A DNA stretch of 59,279 bases, the filler included, from Basidiobolus meristosporus CBS 931.73 (lineage: Eukaryota > Fungi > Basidiobolomycota): the NCBI GenBank assembly GCA_002104905.1. It is 4 parts of 4 records of this genome, joined end to end, with 100 filler letters (N's around TTAATTAATTAA, not from the genome) between each part and the next. Parts side by side here need not be neighbours in the genome. Positions count along the whole stretch, not along the records: positions 19,395 to 32,208 come from MCFE01001225.1; positions 32,309 to 44,247 come from MCFE01001263.1; 2 more parts are not named here. One strand, given 5' to 3'. A program made the position numbers and the translations under genes. Positions 21,753 through 34,312 of this stretch are shown piece after piece (the stretch's first letter is position 1; each line of letters starts with the position of its first letter). The notes beneath the pieces are model-generated. The model worked only from the letters and a program-made list of their open reading frames with translations, was not told where the DNA came from and did not search any database.

Positions 21753-22577
21753 TCACACCACCGAAAGATGGATCTTTTCCTTGGGGCGGGCCGGTTGATG
21801 CTTTTTGTGGTGCTTGAGCTTTTTGGCGAACTTGACCAGCTTGTTGACGCCAAAAATCTCCTTCAACGACGGTAGGTCCTCCTGGGTGAACTCCGCCGAT
21901 GGAACTGTGGTCTCCTGTGGGTCATTTTGGCTGGCGGAGAAGAATTTCAACTCCGTTTCTGGGATGGAGATGATTTCTATGACAGGTGACTTGCGATTGG
22001 GTGGTTGAGTCTCGGCATTTCGTGATTGGCGTTTTGGCTTTGGGGATTCAAGCGTCTTGAGACGAAGGTAGACCTCTTGGTAATTGACCATGTCAAGTGG
22101 AATATACAGTGTTTGTCGAAGATGAAGATTATCCGACCACAGCTTATTTAGTCTCTTCAACTCGTCAGGATTGACCCCGTACAGCAGGGAGATCCCCGCC
22201 AGAGTTTCGGAGTCTTTGATCCGATGAACAATCACCTTCGTTTCCTGGGGCTCAAATGCCAACGACGAGGTGGAAGAGAAGTTGGAGGATAATGCATCTT
22301 CAATCTCCGAGGCTATATCGTCCTCAGTTTTCTCGCGCTTGATGGGGACGAATGGAAAAGGGGAGTTCAACAAAGGGTCGGTTACAGCCTCGGTTGTGTT
22401 TCTTCTGCGCAATGGGCCATGCTCAGTCTTGGTAGATTCGTAGATCGCCACTTTGAACGAGTCGAAGTTGAATGGCTGATGTTCACGTATGGTTGGCTCC
22501 ATGAACCCACGAAAATCGGCAAGATCTTCGAAGTTGTGTGGGGTTTGAGTTGCTGGAAAAGCCATGGCAGCGCACAT
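21753..22577 (-). CDS. Single-LysM-domain protein without signal peptide (LYSMD-like), 274 aa
   Basis: HRIKDSETLAGISLLYGVNPDELKRLNKLWSDNLHLRQTLYIP matches the LysM pattern. Intronless ORF. Confidence 0.85.
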   Translation of the reverse strand: MCAAMAFPATQTPHNFEDLADFRGFMEPTIREHQPFNFDSFKVAIYESTKTEHGPLRRRNTTEAVTDPLLNSPFPFVPIKREKTEDDIASEIEDALSSNFSSTSSLAFEPQETKVIVHRIKDSETLAGISLLYGVNPDELKRLNKLWSDNLHLRQTLYIPLDMVNYQEVYLRLKTLESPKPKRQSRNAETQPPNRKSPVIEIISIPETELKFFSASQNDPQETTVPSAEFTQEDLPSLKEIFGVNKLVKFAKKLKHHKKHQPARPKEKIHLSVV

Positions 22578-23891
22578 CTCGGGGAATCTGAGGAAGCTTA
22601 TGGTGCTCTGGATACAATTCTTGTAGGTGGCATCAACACGAAGTGGTGGGTTTTATAGCCTCTCGGTTCTGTAACAATTTTGGGCCGAGTATAATAGGCA
22701 ACCACCCTACCCTAAACAGGCCAATGAATCTAGTTTAATCGATTTTTGGCTTGTTCTAAAGACTTTTCTTTTTGCGATTGTTCCATATATATATATTGCT
22801 GTTCCTGATATACCCTCAGCATATAATAGCTTATTCTTCACGAGGATGGTGCTTTCTTAGAATCCATCCCAAGGACCACCAAAACTTGTTCGCGTTTGTA
22901 CCACCCCCGCTGAGCGATTCATCAAGTCTGGCCATGCGTTACCTTTACCGACTTCCAGCCGTTGATAGGCCCGGAGGCCATGTGACTGATGCTTTTGGGC
23001 ATTCCAATCTCTCGACTGCCAACGTGATCGATCGAATGGTCAGATTCTTAAATAGTTTACAATGGTGCTATTGCTATTACTATTGAATAGGTCGATGAAA
23101 ACCAGGACGTCATTTCATTCTAAAAATCGATCCTTTAATGGGGGAGATTCCCCAATGAGCTTCGGACCTCGTTTAACTATAAAAGCTTAAATTTAAGCAC
23201 AGAGGGACGAATGGGTACACTGGAAAGTGAGCCGAATAAATGAAAATCCATGTTATATACATGAAAATTACCCAGATTGTGCGTCGAAAAAAAAACGTTA
23301 GAATAATAGGTCATCAGCCATTGTGTAGGCGGGGATGCCGCTTACTGATTGGCCGGGGCGACCAAGGCGTGCTTTCTCAACATAGGCGTTTGACAGTGCT
23401 GACCAACGTCGGGTAATTTACCAGCGGCGTGTGCGATGTATCTCACTGACCACCTTGCATTTGCAGTGCAACATGGACCCTTTCTTCAACATGTTTGTAA
23501 TCCGTCGCTAGATCCGGTTTCAACTGTAACGCAGTTAAGGTTAAAATGCTGTAAAACACGAACTGATCCATCGACTAATTTCAAGTGAAAATCCGTCGGG
23601 CAGATTCCATCAATATCCTGCGCTACCTCCCCCTGTTTCTCAACAATGCATTTGGTATTATTGCCTAGCGCATGCATGATGAATACGCCCTGTTGTCCAC
23701 AGTTGTACGTCTGTGTCGTGACTAACGAGATTTGGATCAACTCCACCGATGGGGAAAAGGAGTGTCTTGCAGTCGACAAGAAAGCGGGATGACAAACTCA
23801 CAGATGAGCCCTCTTCTTTCGGAAATCATTCCACATGTATCACCAGAAACATGTTCTCTCTCCTATTTCCCCTGATACCTGCACCATATAA

Positions 23892-25259
23892 ATGGGCCTT
23901 GGTATCTGTCCACCGCCACCGAAAGCAACCTGCACCGAGAGCAACCTTCTCATGGAGACCACACCGTTACTCATAGTTCTATTAGGATGGATATCCATCC
24001 TGATCATCTCGATTTTGCTAATCTACTTGAATCGCAAAGCCCCAGCCATACACTACCGTGGGGTTGGCTTGCTCGTGGCCAGCATCATCGTAAACGGCTT
24101 CCTGGCATTCTATTACATCGCCCACGACCAGAAGCCTGATTGGTTTCCCTGCTTCCTAATGCTATGGATTCCGTCCCTTGGAATCCCCTTGTGGTTCCTT
24201 GTTAACGGCGCTCGCTTCTTCAAGCTTGCCATGCTGTACAAGATGAATCAGGCGAAGTTGGGGATCTCGTCGGGCTTCTCGGAGGAGGCCACCCAAGGGA
24301 TTGAGCTAGCCTCTTTCCATGATTACGCCGACAAGGGCTTCCAGAGCCGCTTCAAGAAATGGTACAGCCAGAACCAAAGTCGATTCTCCCTCAATTCCAT
24401 CATCTTCTTGATACTGGGGTTCATGCTTTTCCATTCCTTGATCACGGTGATGATCCACGTCATCTCCAAAGATGTGATCAACCAGCGGGTATGCGTCGTC
24501 GACTGGGAGATGATCCCCGTGGTGTCATTCCACGGGATTTATGTCCTGCTGCTGTTCCCAGGGCTGGTCTGGGTTGTATGGAGGGTAGAGGATGCTCATT
24601 GGATCAAGCGGGAGCTGATGTTGGTCCTGATAGTGGAGACTGTGAATTTCACGGGCCGTCTGGTGGCTGTGATAATCCGAATGGTAGGCTCGACGATTCC
24701 CATAGCACCAACCACCTGGTTCACCGTGGCTACCTTGGTGATAGTCCATAGTATCACCATCGTGTTCCCAGTGATTGATGGATGGCAAGAAACGCGCTCA
24801 CGCTCCCAGATCAACCAAGCCTCGTTCCAGATGATGCTGGACGACCCGTACATGTTCCAAAGTTTCAAACTCTTCAGTGTCAAGGATTTCAGCGTGGAGA
24901 ATGTTCTGTTCTACGAAGCATACAAGCGCCTGGGTCGCAACGTCAAGCTCAGACACAAAGATGCCAAGACCAGTCAGATCAGCGACAGCGTGCTGGTCGA
25001 CGAAATCCTCCAGATCTACACCACCTTCATCAAATCCAAGTCCTCCTTCGAGTTGAATGTCCCCGGTCGCTTGCGCAGGGAGCTGGATATCACCATCGAA
25101 GCGGGGCCACCATTCTCCATACAAGCGCTGGAGAAGATCAAAGAAGAGGTCTTCATCAACATGTACCATCACACCTACCCACGTTTTGTTCGGGAAACCA
25201 ATTCCTCCACAAAGCACTCCGACAGTGCCTCCGAGTCGGCCCTTGTGAGTAACCCATAA
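23892..25259 (+). CDS. 7TM-RGS protein (membrane domain plus C-terminal RGS box), 455 aa
   Basis: Seven hydrophobic segments by eye, then RGS motifs FKLFSVKDFSVENVLFYEAYK, IYTTFIKSKSSFELNVP and YPRF. Confidence 0.88.
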   Translation: MGLGICPPPPKATCTESNLLMETTPLLIVLLGWISILIISILLIYLNRKAPAIHYRGVGLLVASIIVNGFLAFYYIAHDQKPDWFPCFLMLWIPSLGIPLWFLVNGARFFKLAMLYKMNQAKLGISSGFSEEATQGIELASFHDYADKGFQSRFKKWYSQNQSRFSLNSIIFLILGFMLFHSLITVMIHVISKDVINQRVCVVDWEMIPVVSFHGIYVLLLFPGLVWVVWRVEDAHWIKRELMLVLIVETVNFTGRLVAVIIRMVGSTIPIAPTTWFTVATLVIVHSITIVFPVIDGWQETRSRSQINQASFQMMLDDPYMFQSFKLFSVKDFSVENVLFYEAYKRLGRNVKLRHKDAKTSQISDSVLVDEILQIYTTFIKSKSSFELNVPGRLRRELDITIEAGPPFSIQALEKIKEEVFINMYHHTYPRFVRETNSSTKHSDSASESALVSNP

Positions 25260-25499
25260 GTAACTAATCCTAATTCCAACCACCCACGGCCCTCCCCTGA
25301 TCCCAGTTGCGAGCGCAAGATTTGTATTTAATCCTCCACCTTCCCCCGCTACTTGTGTATCGTACTGTTGGGGACATCAACCACACTCTGTAATTCTGGT
25401 GCATATGATGCACGACGTCACAATACAAGTAATATTGCTTCGGCCATTCATATCCGCCCTTTGCTGCCCACTACTGGGCTTTATTTATCAGCAAGTGGC

Positions 25500-25860
25500 A
25501 AGTTTGGACTTGAACTGCTTCATGTATGCACTTGTCAAACAAGAGGCATCACACACTGCTAAGTTGCTCAGTACCTATTTGCTTTAAGATAACCAAGTTT
25601 GTCTTTAGCTGATGACCTTGTCAATATATCTGCAAACATTTCATTAGTAGGATAGTAAACTAACCTAATTAAGTTATCCTCTATAGTTTCCCAGATGAAA
25701 TGAAATCTAACATCTAGGTGCCTGGTTCTGTGCTTCCTTTGTAATCTCACAGGCTGCCACATACTCTGCCTCTCTGGTGGAAAGTGCTATGGTTGACTGC
25801 TTTCTTGAATTCCACAAAGTTTCTCCTTTATAGTAAAGATAGGTGTTTCCTGTGCTCTAT
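25500..25860 (-). mobile_element. Degenerate copia RNase H fragment
   Basis: RTRHLDVRFHFIWE...LVYYPTNEMFADILT, preceded by remnants of STIALSTREAEY-like sequence. Confidence 0.75.
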
Positions 25861-25939
25861 GCAAAATAATTGTGATGATCCTGCCAAAAGGCCATCACTA
25901 ATTCTAAATCCCATAACTCAGAGTTATTAATGCCATTAG

Positions 25940-26625
25940 TGTTGTAAAGATTTGTAATTCCACCTAAATATCTGCCTAACTTAGTCACCTACATCATTAC
26001 CTTCAAATCCTAGAAAATACTGACCAAAATCCTTGTTGGGATTTACTTGGAATATCTCACCAAAATATCAGGTACCCAGAACATGAAGATTCTTAAAGTT
26101 GTCCAAACAGCCCCACACTTTGCACACATGTTCTTGGGACCTTCTTTAACCTATTTGTTGTGTTTGTAATGCTAAGGCCATGTAAAAGTATAAATACTAC
26201 TGTTACATTCAATAAATCATTAAGTGAAAACCACATAATCTACTTGTCCTCCCAATCACTACCAATATCTCCAAGACTCTTACAACAGGTTATGAGCCCC
26301 AAGCTGTCACTCTCTGCAATGTTTACTACTGCTATTACTGGAATTTTTCCCTCTGCTGAAAAGTTGGATTGATCTAACTATCAAGTGAGGAAGGTGAAGA
26401 TGAAGATGCTGCTACAAGAAGGAGGCCTTGGGAATACTGTCATGGGAGAAGAATGCCCTGCTAAGAATGTGGAAGAGGAAGCCTTAAAGTACCAGAAGCA
26501 AGAACAAAGTGACTTTAACTGCATTTGCCTTAATGTTTAATAACAGAATTACCCTGATGGTGGGTAAGATGAAATCTGTGGGCATACCAACTACTAATGA
26601 AGATGTGATAGTTACCATCCTGAGC
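25940..26625 (+). mobile_element. Copia element A: 5' LTR (25940-26287), PBS and deleted gag start
   Basis: LTR ends TTACAACA followed by GGTTATGAGCCC (copia half-tRNA-iMet-type PBS). The gag fragment matches 29000-29490 with an internal deletion. Confidence 0.85.
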
Positions 26626-28649
26626 TGTTGTTAGAGTCTTAGAGATATTGGAAGTGATTGGGAGGACAAGTAGATTATGTGGTTTTCACTTGATTATTTA
26701 TTGAATGTAAAAGTAATATTTATACTTTTACATGGTCATGGCATTACAAATGCAACATATAGGTTAAGGAAGGTCCCAAGAGCATGTGTGCAAGGCTTTG
26801 GGCTGTTTGGACAACTTATCTAATTTTCATGTTCTGGGTAAATATTCTCAGTAAATCCCAACAAGGAACTTGCTTAATATTCTCTAGGATTTGAAGGTAA
26901 TGATATAATTGACTAAGTTAGGTGAATATATAGGTGGAATTACAAGTCCTTACAACACTCCCACTCAGCTAAATGTTCATACTGACTAGTCCTAATTTTG
27001 ATCTAAAATATTCAAACTTGTCTCTAGCTAATGGTTTGGTAAATATGTATTCAATCACTTGATCTAAGGGACGGTAAACTAAGCCAACTAAGTTATTCTC
27101 TATAGCTTCACATATAAAATGATGTCTAATGTCTATGTGCTTAGATCTACAATGAAAAGTTGGATTTCTACCCAATTGTATACATCCTTGATTATCTTGA
27201 AATAAAGTAATAGGTGTTTTTTGACATAGGCCTAAATCTGTAAAAAGCTTTTGTAACCACACTGCCTCTTTTGTAGCTTAACAGGCTGCCATACACTCTG
27301 CCTCTGTGGTAGAAAGTGCTACGGTTGGTTGCTTTCTTGAGTTCCATGAAATTGCTCCTTTACAGTAACAAAAGGTGTATCCTGTGGTAGATCTTCTGTC
27401 TTCCAAATTTTTTCCCCAATCAGCATCAGAGTATCCCACAATATCTTGTTCTGAATACTTCAAAGTGTATCTTAAGCAGATATCAGCAGCTCCTTTTAGG
27501 TATCTAAAAATATGCTTAACTGCTGCAATATGACCAGATCTATAGTTCTGATTATGTTGGCTGAAAACTCTCACCGGATATGAGATATCTGGACATGTTC
27601 CAAGCATGATATACATCAGTCTACCAAGCATAGATTGATAAGGAAAGTTAGGGCTTTTAGATGGCACCAAGCTCTGTTTATTTGGTGGAGTTTTGACCAT
27701 GTAAAGGTTTGTCTCTCATTGGGGTAGCTGCCAGTTTACAGTCTTCCATTTGATACTTCTTTAGTATATCATAAATATACTTGGATTGGCCAAGGGTGAT
27801 ATTTTGGGTACTTCTGTCTATGAAGAACTTAATCCCTAAGTAGTAACCAAGTTCTCCTAGATTGGACATCTTGAACTCCTTAGATAGGCTGGATTTAGTC
27901 TCTTCCAATGTTTCTAGGTTATTGGTGGCTATAATAAGATCATCCACATATAGAGCTAATAGAACTGGATTTGCTCTATCTGACTTAGAGTGTATACTAT
28001 AGTTAGTATTACTCCTTTTGAAACTCACAGATTCCAAATAAGAAGCAATCTTACAAATCCAGGCTCTTAGTGATTGTTTGGGACCTTATAGAGACTTTTT
28101 AAGTTTGCAGACCAAATGGGGGTTATCTTGGTCTGCAAACCCATCAGGCTGGTCCATATACACAACCTCATCAAGTTCTCCATTCAAAAATGCTGCTTAT
28201 ACGTCCATTTGATGAATACAAAACTTATATTTGGCTGCAATAGCCAATATTAATCAGATGGAATTAAACTTGGCTACCAGTGCAAAGGTCTCAGTATAGT
28301 CAAGTCCTTTTGTTTGTGAGTACCCTTTGGCCACAAGTCTTGCTTTGTATCTTTCAATTGTACCATCAGCCTTGTATTTTGTCTTGAAGAACCATCTGCA
28401 TCCCTTAATTTTGGTTGATTGGTTATTTGACAAAGTCACAAGTTTGATTTTCCATCAGGGCCTCTTTTATAGTCTGGGGCACATTGATGTGGATTGACTA
28501 GGTATAGGCTAAGTTTGTACCCTCATTAATATAGTAATTTGGGCTATTTCTTGTTCAATTTGATCACCAGGCATTTGATACTGGAATGATCACTTCTGGG
28601 ATATTCCTGGGCACAGATTCTGGCTGAACCACAATTGTAGAGTCCTCTG
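26626..28649 (-). mobile_element. Copia element B 3' half: RT/RNase H, PPT and 3' LTR (26957-26626), inserted in element A
   Basis: [64 protein letters not shown] abuts TGTTGTAAGG. Multiple frameshifts. Confidence 0.9.
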
Positions 28650-31600
28650 TGTAGTAAAAATTTGTATTTCCACCTAAATATTCACCTAACTTAGTCACTT
28701 AGGTCATTACCTTCAAATCCTAGAGAATACTGACCAAATCCCTTGTTGGGATTTACTTAGAATATTTTCACCAAAATACCAGGTACCAAGAACATGAAAT
28801 TCTCAAAGTTGTCAAACAGCCCCAAACTTTGCACACATGTTCTTGGGACCTTCCTTGACCTATTCTACATGTTTGTAATGCCAAGACCATGTAAAAGTAT
28901 AAATACTACTTTTACATTCAATAGATCATTAAGTGAAACCACATAATCTACTTGTTCTTCCAATCACTGCCAATATCTCCAAGACTCTTACAACAGGTTA
29001 TGCACCCAAGCTGTCACTCTCTGCAATGTCTACTACTGCTATTACTGGAATTTTTCCCTCTGCTGAAAAGTTGGATGGATCTAACTACCAGGTGTGAAAG
29101 GTGAAGATGAAGATGCTGCTACAAGAAAGAGGCCTGTGGGATATTGTCAAGGGAGAAGAATGCCCTCTTAAAAATGTGGGAGAGGAAGCCTTAAAGTACC
29201 AGTGAAAGAATAAAGTGCCTTTAACTGCATTTGCCTTAATGTCAAGGACAAATCGCTAATTCAATGCTCAAGAGCAAAACTGGCAAAGAATGCCTGGAAG
29301 GCATTAGAAGACACCTACCAATCATGTTCAGCTGCCAAGAAAATGTATCTGAGAAGAAAATTCTTTACTACAAAGATGCTGCCAGGAGAAGAAATGAAAA
29401 ATCTAATTAACAGAATTACCCTGCTGGTAGATGAGATGGAATCTGTAGGCGTACCAACTACTGATGAGGATGTGATAGTTACCATCCTGAATAGCCTGAC
29501 AGACAAGTTTCAGGGCCCTTGTATCATGACCCTAGAGTCCAGAACTGAAGATTTGACCTTAAATTACGTATATGGAAGGCTCCTGGATGAAGAATTAAGA
29601 AAATCAAGCGCCAATAAGAAGGAAGAAGAAAATGCTTTAATAAGCAATGATAACAACAAAGGAGGTACCCAAGACCCTACAAAGGCAACAGCAACCTATT
29701 TTGCAAATACTGCAAAAGGAAAGGACGCACATTAGACCGGTGTTTCAAAAAGAGAGATTATCAGTAAAAGAAGCCTGAATATGGAAATGCTGCAACAACT
29801 GAAGATAGATTATTCATATCTGCACTAAATATAACCAAAAACAAGGATTCTCAGACATGGTATATTGACTCTGGAGCTTCTCAACACTTTACACACCAAA
29901 AAGAACTTTTTATCCATATCAAGAAATTCCAATTCAGAAGGTTTTCATGGGTGACAATTGAAACTTGATGCAGTAGGAGAAGGAACTATCCAAGTAAACC
30001 TTAGAAGCAGTGAAGGAAGCCATACACTGACCTTTAAAGAAGTACTCTATGTACCAGAAATAGCCAAGAACCTACTCTCTGTAAGCAAGGCCACAGCAGA
30101 AGGACTCAGTTTCAGTTTTGACAATTCTGGATGTAGGATCACTGTTCAAAATGGTGCTCATATTACTTTGGGCATCAGAGATCAGAATCTATACAAGCTG
30201 ACTTATATTCCATCATATCTGGAAGCCAATATAAGTAACTTAAATGAAGAAACACCAATGCTTTGGCACAGGAGATTTGGGCACATCAATTTTGATTATT
30301 TGCGCAAAATGATCAAAGATCAGCTAATTTCTGGAGTGAAAATTGATCCCCAGCTAATTTGGAGCACTGTGAAGCCGCATATATGGGAAACAAGCCAGAC
30401 AACTGTTCAAGAGCTCTGGGTTAATCAAAACTAAGAAAAAATTAGATCTAATTTACTCAGATCTGTTGTGGACCTATGCAAAATTTATCCTTAGGCGGAT
30501 GAAGTATTAGATCACTTTTATTGATGATTATACAAGATACACATGGGTCTACTTCATGGAGAGAAAGGAAGAAGCTCTGTCTAAGTTCAGGGAGTTTAAA
30601 GCCATGGTGGAGAGAGAAACTGGTGAAAAATCAAGAAAATACACTCTGACAATGGTGGAGAATATACCTCAAAACTCTTCATCCACTTCTGCAAAATTCA
30701 TGGGATAAAGCAAGAGACTACTGTACCATACTCCCCACAGGAAAATGGAGTAGCAGAACGTGCTAACAGATCAATAATTGATCTGGCAAGATGTATGATC
30801 CATGATCAAAAATTATCCTTTGATTTATGGATGGAATCAGTTGCCACTGCTGTATACCTTAAAAATAGGAGTTATAACAGAATACTTTGTAATTCTACTC
30901 CATTTGAAGCATGGTATGGATACAGACCAAGTGCAGAACATCTAAGAATATTTGGGTGTACAGCTTATGCCAAAAAACTGGCCGGAAATCAGTCAAAATT
31001 TGAGCCAAAAAAGTGTAAAATGCATATTTTTGGACTACTGCAATCAAGAGTAAGGCATACAGACTCTACAATACCAAAGCAAAGAAGCTGATCAAGTCCA
31101 GGGATGTGTTGTTTGGATGAAAATTCAAAATTTTCACAAAAAATGACATCAGATGATGACAAAAATCTGATCTCAAGTCCACCAATTGTCAGGATTGAAT
31201 CAGAGCAAAACAATGAAAATTTTTTCACTCCAGAGGACTCTACAACCGTGGTTCAGCCAGAATCAGTGCCCAGGAATATCCCAGAAGTGATCATTCCAGT
31301 ATCAAATGCCCGGAGATCCAATTGGAACAATGAAATAGCCTAAATTACTATATCAATGAGGGTACAAACTTAGCCTATGCCTATTCAGTCCATGTTGATG
31401 AGCCCCAGACTGTAAAAGAGGCCCTAAATAGCCCTCAGACAAAGTTTTGGAGATCTGCAATGACTGAGGAATATCAGGCCCTGATGGAAAATCAAACTTG
31501 GGACTTAGTCAAATTACCAATCAACCAAAAATCAATTGGATGCAGATGGGTCTTCAAGACAAAATACAAGGCTGATGGTACAATTGAAGATACAAAGCAA

Positions 31601-32208
31601 GACTTGTAGCCAAAGATACTCTCAAACAAAAGGACTTGACTATACTAGAGACCTTTTGCACTGGTAGCCAAGTTTAATTCCATCAGATTAATATTGGCTA
31701 TTGCAGCCAAATATAAGTTTTTTATTCATCAAATGGATGTAAAAACTGCATATTTGAATGGAGAACTTGATGAGGACATGTGTATATGGACCAGCCTGAT
31801 GGGCTTGTTGACCAAGATAACCCCCATTTGGTCTGCAAGCTTAAAAAGTCACTATATGGTCTCAAACAATCACCAAGAGCCTGGAATTGCAAGATAGATT
31901 CTGATTTGGAATCTTTGAGTTTCAAAAGGAGTAATGCTGACTATAGTATATTCTATAAGCCAGATAGAGCAAATCCAGTTCTATTAGCTCTATATGTGGA
32001 TGATCTTATTATAGCCACCAGTAACCTAGAAACATTGGAAGAGACTAAATCCAGCCTATCTAAGGAGTTCAAGATGTCCGATCTAGGAGAACTTAGTTAC
32101 TACTTAGGGATTAAGTTCTCCATAGACAGAAGTACCCAGACTATTACCCTAAGCCAATCCAAGTATACTCAAGATATACTAAAGAAGTACAAAATGGAAG
32201 ACTGTAAA
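28650..32208 (+). mobile_element. Copia element C: 5' LTR (28650-28997), PBS, gag-PR-IN-RT (degenerate), runs into gap; inserted in element B
   Basis: GGTTATG PBS; gag RRKFFTTKM; zinc-knuckle remnant; PR WYIDSGAS; LWHRRFGH; IN SDNGGEY and PQENGVAER; RT QMDVKTAYLNGEL, KSLYGLKQSPRAW and LYVDD. The sequence left of 28650 is the reverse complement of 31232 onward. Confidence 0.93.
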
Positions 32209-32308
32209 NNNNNNNNNNNNNNNNNNNNNNNNNNNNNNNNNNNNNNNNNNNNTTAATTAATTAANNNNNNNNNNNNNNNNNNNNNNNNNNNNNNNNNNNN
32301 NNNNNNNN
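32209..32308. other. Assembly gap with artificial linker
   Basis: N run plus TTAATTAATTAA. Confidence 0.97.
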
Positions 32309-33404
32309 GCAGTCGAGGCTCTAGGGATCAAGGTGAAGGCCGGACTTTGTGCAAGCAGCAGAGGCAGAGGCCACACAGGGCGAGGTGGGTACAATGATGG
32401 TGGCGGGAATGGAGGACATAACGGGGGTGGTGGTAGCAACGGCGGTAAAGGAGGTCACACCGGAGATGATAGCTACGGAGGACGTAATGGTGGAGGAGGC
32501 AATGGAGGACACACCGGTGGCGGCGGCTACAATGGAGGTGGTGGTAAAGGGGGCGGCATGATAGATGGTAGCTACGGAGGGCATACCGGTGGGGAGGAAA
32601 AGGAGGACTCAATGGTGGTGGAAGTTACAACGGAGGCTCAGGCAGTGATAGTAAAGAAAATGGCTACAATGGTGGTGGTGGCAACGGAGGTGGTGGCAAC
32701 GGAGGCGGTAGCAACGGAGGCGGTGGAGGGGATCAAGCACTTGCAATGGAATTGTGGCAAAACTCCAGGCTCTTGGCATAAAGATTGATGCCAATATCTG
32801 TTTAGGCGGCGGTGGCAGCGGAGGTAATGAAGGTAATGGAGGAAACCCTCACCCTCCACTCAAAGGCGGAAACACTTGTCCAGGATTGGTTGCCGACTTG
32901 AAACTGCTTGGAATCCCTGTGAAAGCTGAGATCTGTCTAGGTGGTGGTGGAGGCGGTGGTGGAGGCGGTGGCAATGGCGGCTCTGCTGGTAACGGAGGTT
33001 CTGGCAACGGAGGCTGTGCAATTGGTGCCAATGTCGATGTTACCAGACTTATCGGAGTGGATGTTTGCGTTGGCGGTGGTGGCGGTGGTAGTGGTCACCA
33101 CGGCGGTGGAAATGAGGGTGGCAATGGAGGAAACAATGGCAATGGATCCCGCCCAACATGCCAGGACATCAGTGCCAAAGTCCGACTTCTCGGAATCAAG
33201 GTGGATGCCAACATCTGTCTCAGAGGCCCAAATGCTGGCCCTAGGGCTCCTGTGTTGTCAAATGCCCCAGGATGTCCCACACTGGTTGCGAATGCCAAGC
33301 TGCTGGGCATCGCTGATGTCAATGTGGAGCTTTGCTTGAAAGCTCGAGTAAACCTGGGAGTTGGTGGACGTAGCATTGCCAGGAGAGCAGCACTGGCACT
33401 CTAA
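32309..33404 (+). CDS. Gly-rich Cys-module protein, copy 1 (5' end in gap; two 1-nt deletions relative to copy 2, so pseudogene or consensus error)
   Basis: Near-identical to 34547-35480. It has 4 G instead of 5 at ~32591 and lacks an A at ~32730. It also carries an extra module GCAIGANVDVTRLIGVDVC. Confidence 0.75.
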
Positions 33405-34312
33405 CTACCCCACTATTACTGCTATCACAATTCCGACTATTCCTACTGCTCCAAACGGCGACTAATACGAATGTTCAGCACACCCCACGTCATTCACCCA
33501 CTCTTTCCAGATTTTGAGCGAGTATGCAGGATACAAATCACCGCACAGTCTAGTAATTTATGGATATTTAATCTGAATAAACTCATCCTCACTTTTCACC
33601 CACACGGTCAAGTGCAACAACCATGTCAAACTTCACAATGCGTAGTATGGTTGGATGGATGGTTGTTGATATGGTGGATATCGCGGTAAGAGCACCAGTA
33701 AGCCCAGTACTTGGAACTGGGCACTAAATCTATGGGCAGGCGCTCTACAACAGATGGAACAAGCGGCTAAGAGTGCGCTCAACATGCCAGAGTTAGTAAG
33801 AAGCCAGGGAGAATGGATCGGAGATAACCGCTGAATCCCACATGGAGAATATGATCGAAGACGCAATCCAGGCTAAACCTTGATAGATCCAGAAACACCC
33901 AAAGTGGGCGCGCATAATTCCAATCTGGCCTTAATCAGATCTTAATTGATGCAGTCAGCTAAATCTATCTACACCCAATGCATCCTCATTGATGAACAGG
34001 TTATCCGCTGCACTCCATACTCTCAGTACCTCTCAATCCCTCTGCTCATACACCTACTTGCGCCAAACCAAATATACCACCTTTAATTTGAGCATTTGTT
34101 TGCTCGCAAGAGTACTTAAAGCCTACTGTCCGCTCCCCAACACATCGTCATCAACAACAACAACATCATCCCCAACCCTATATATATCAAGCTTGACTAA
34201 GCCAAGCAAAGCTAAACCGAGTCACATCAAGCCAAGCCGTATCATAGCAAATCAAGTCAAGTCAAGTCAGGTCTAGCCTAGTCACTCGCTTGCTGTCAGA
34301 AAACCACTCAAA

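Noticed and set aside
1205-28997. 348-bp repeat interpreted as a MITE because of its 10-bp terminal inverted repeats
   Set aside because: Copies abut a copia PBS (GGTTATG) and a PPT, carry TATAAA and AATAAA, and have 5-bp TSDs, so they are LTRs.
34195-34280. (AAGCC/AAGTC) pentamer run before the Gly-rich gene
   Set aside because: Short low-complexity 5'-UTR repeat with no further supportable meaning.
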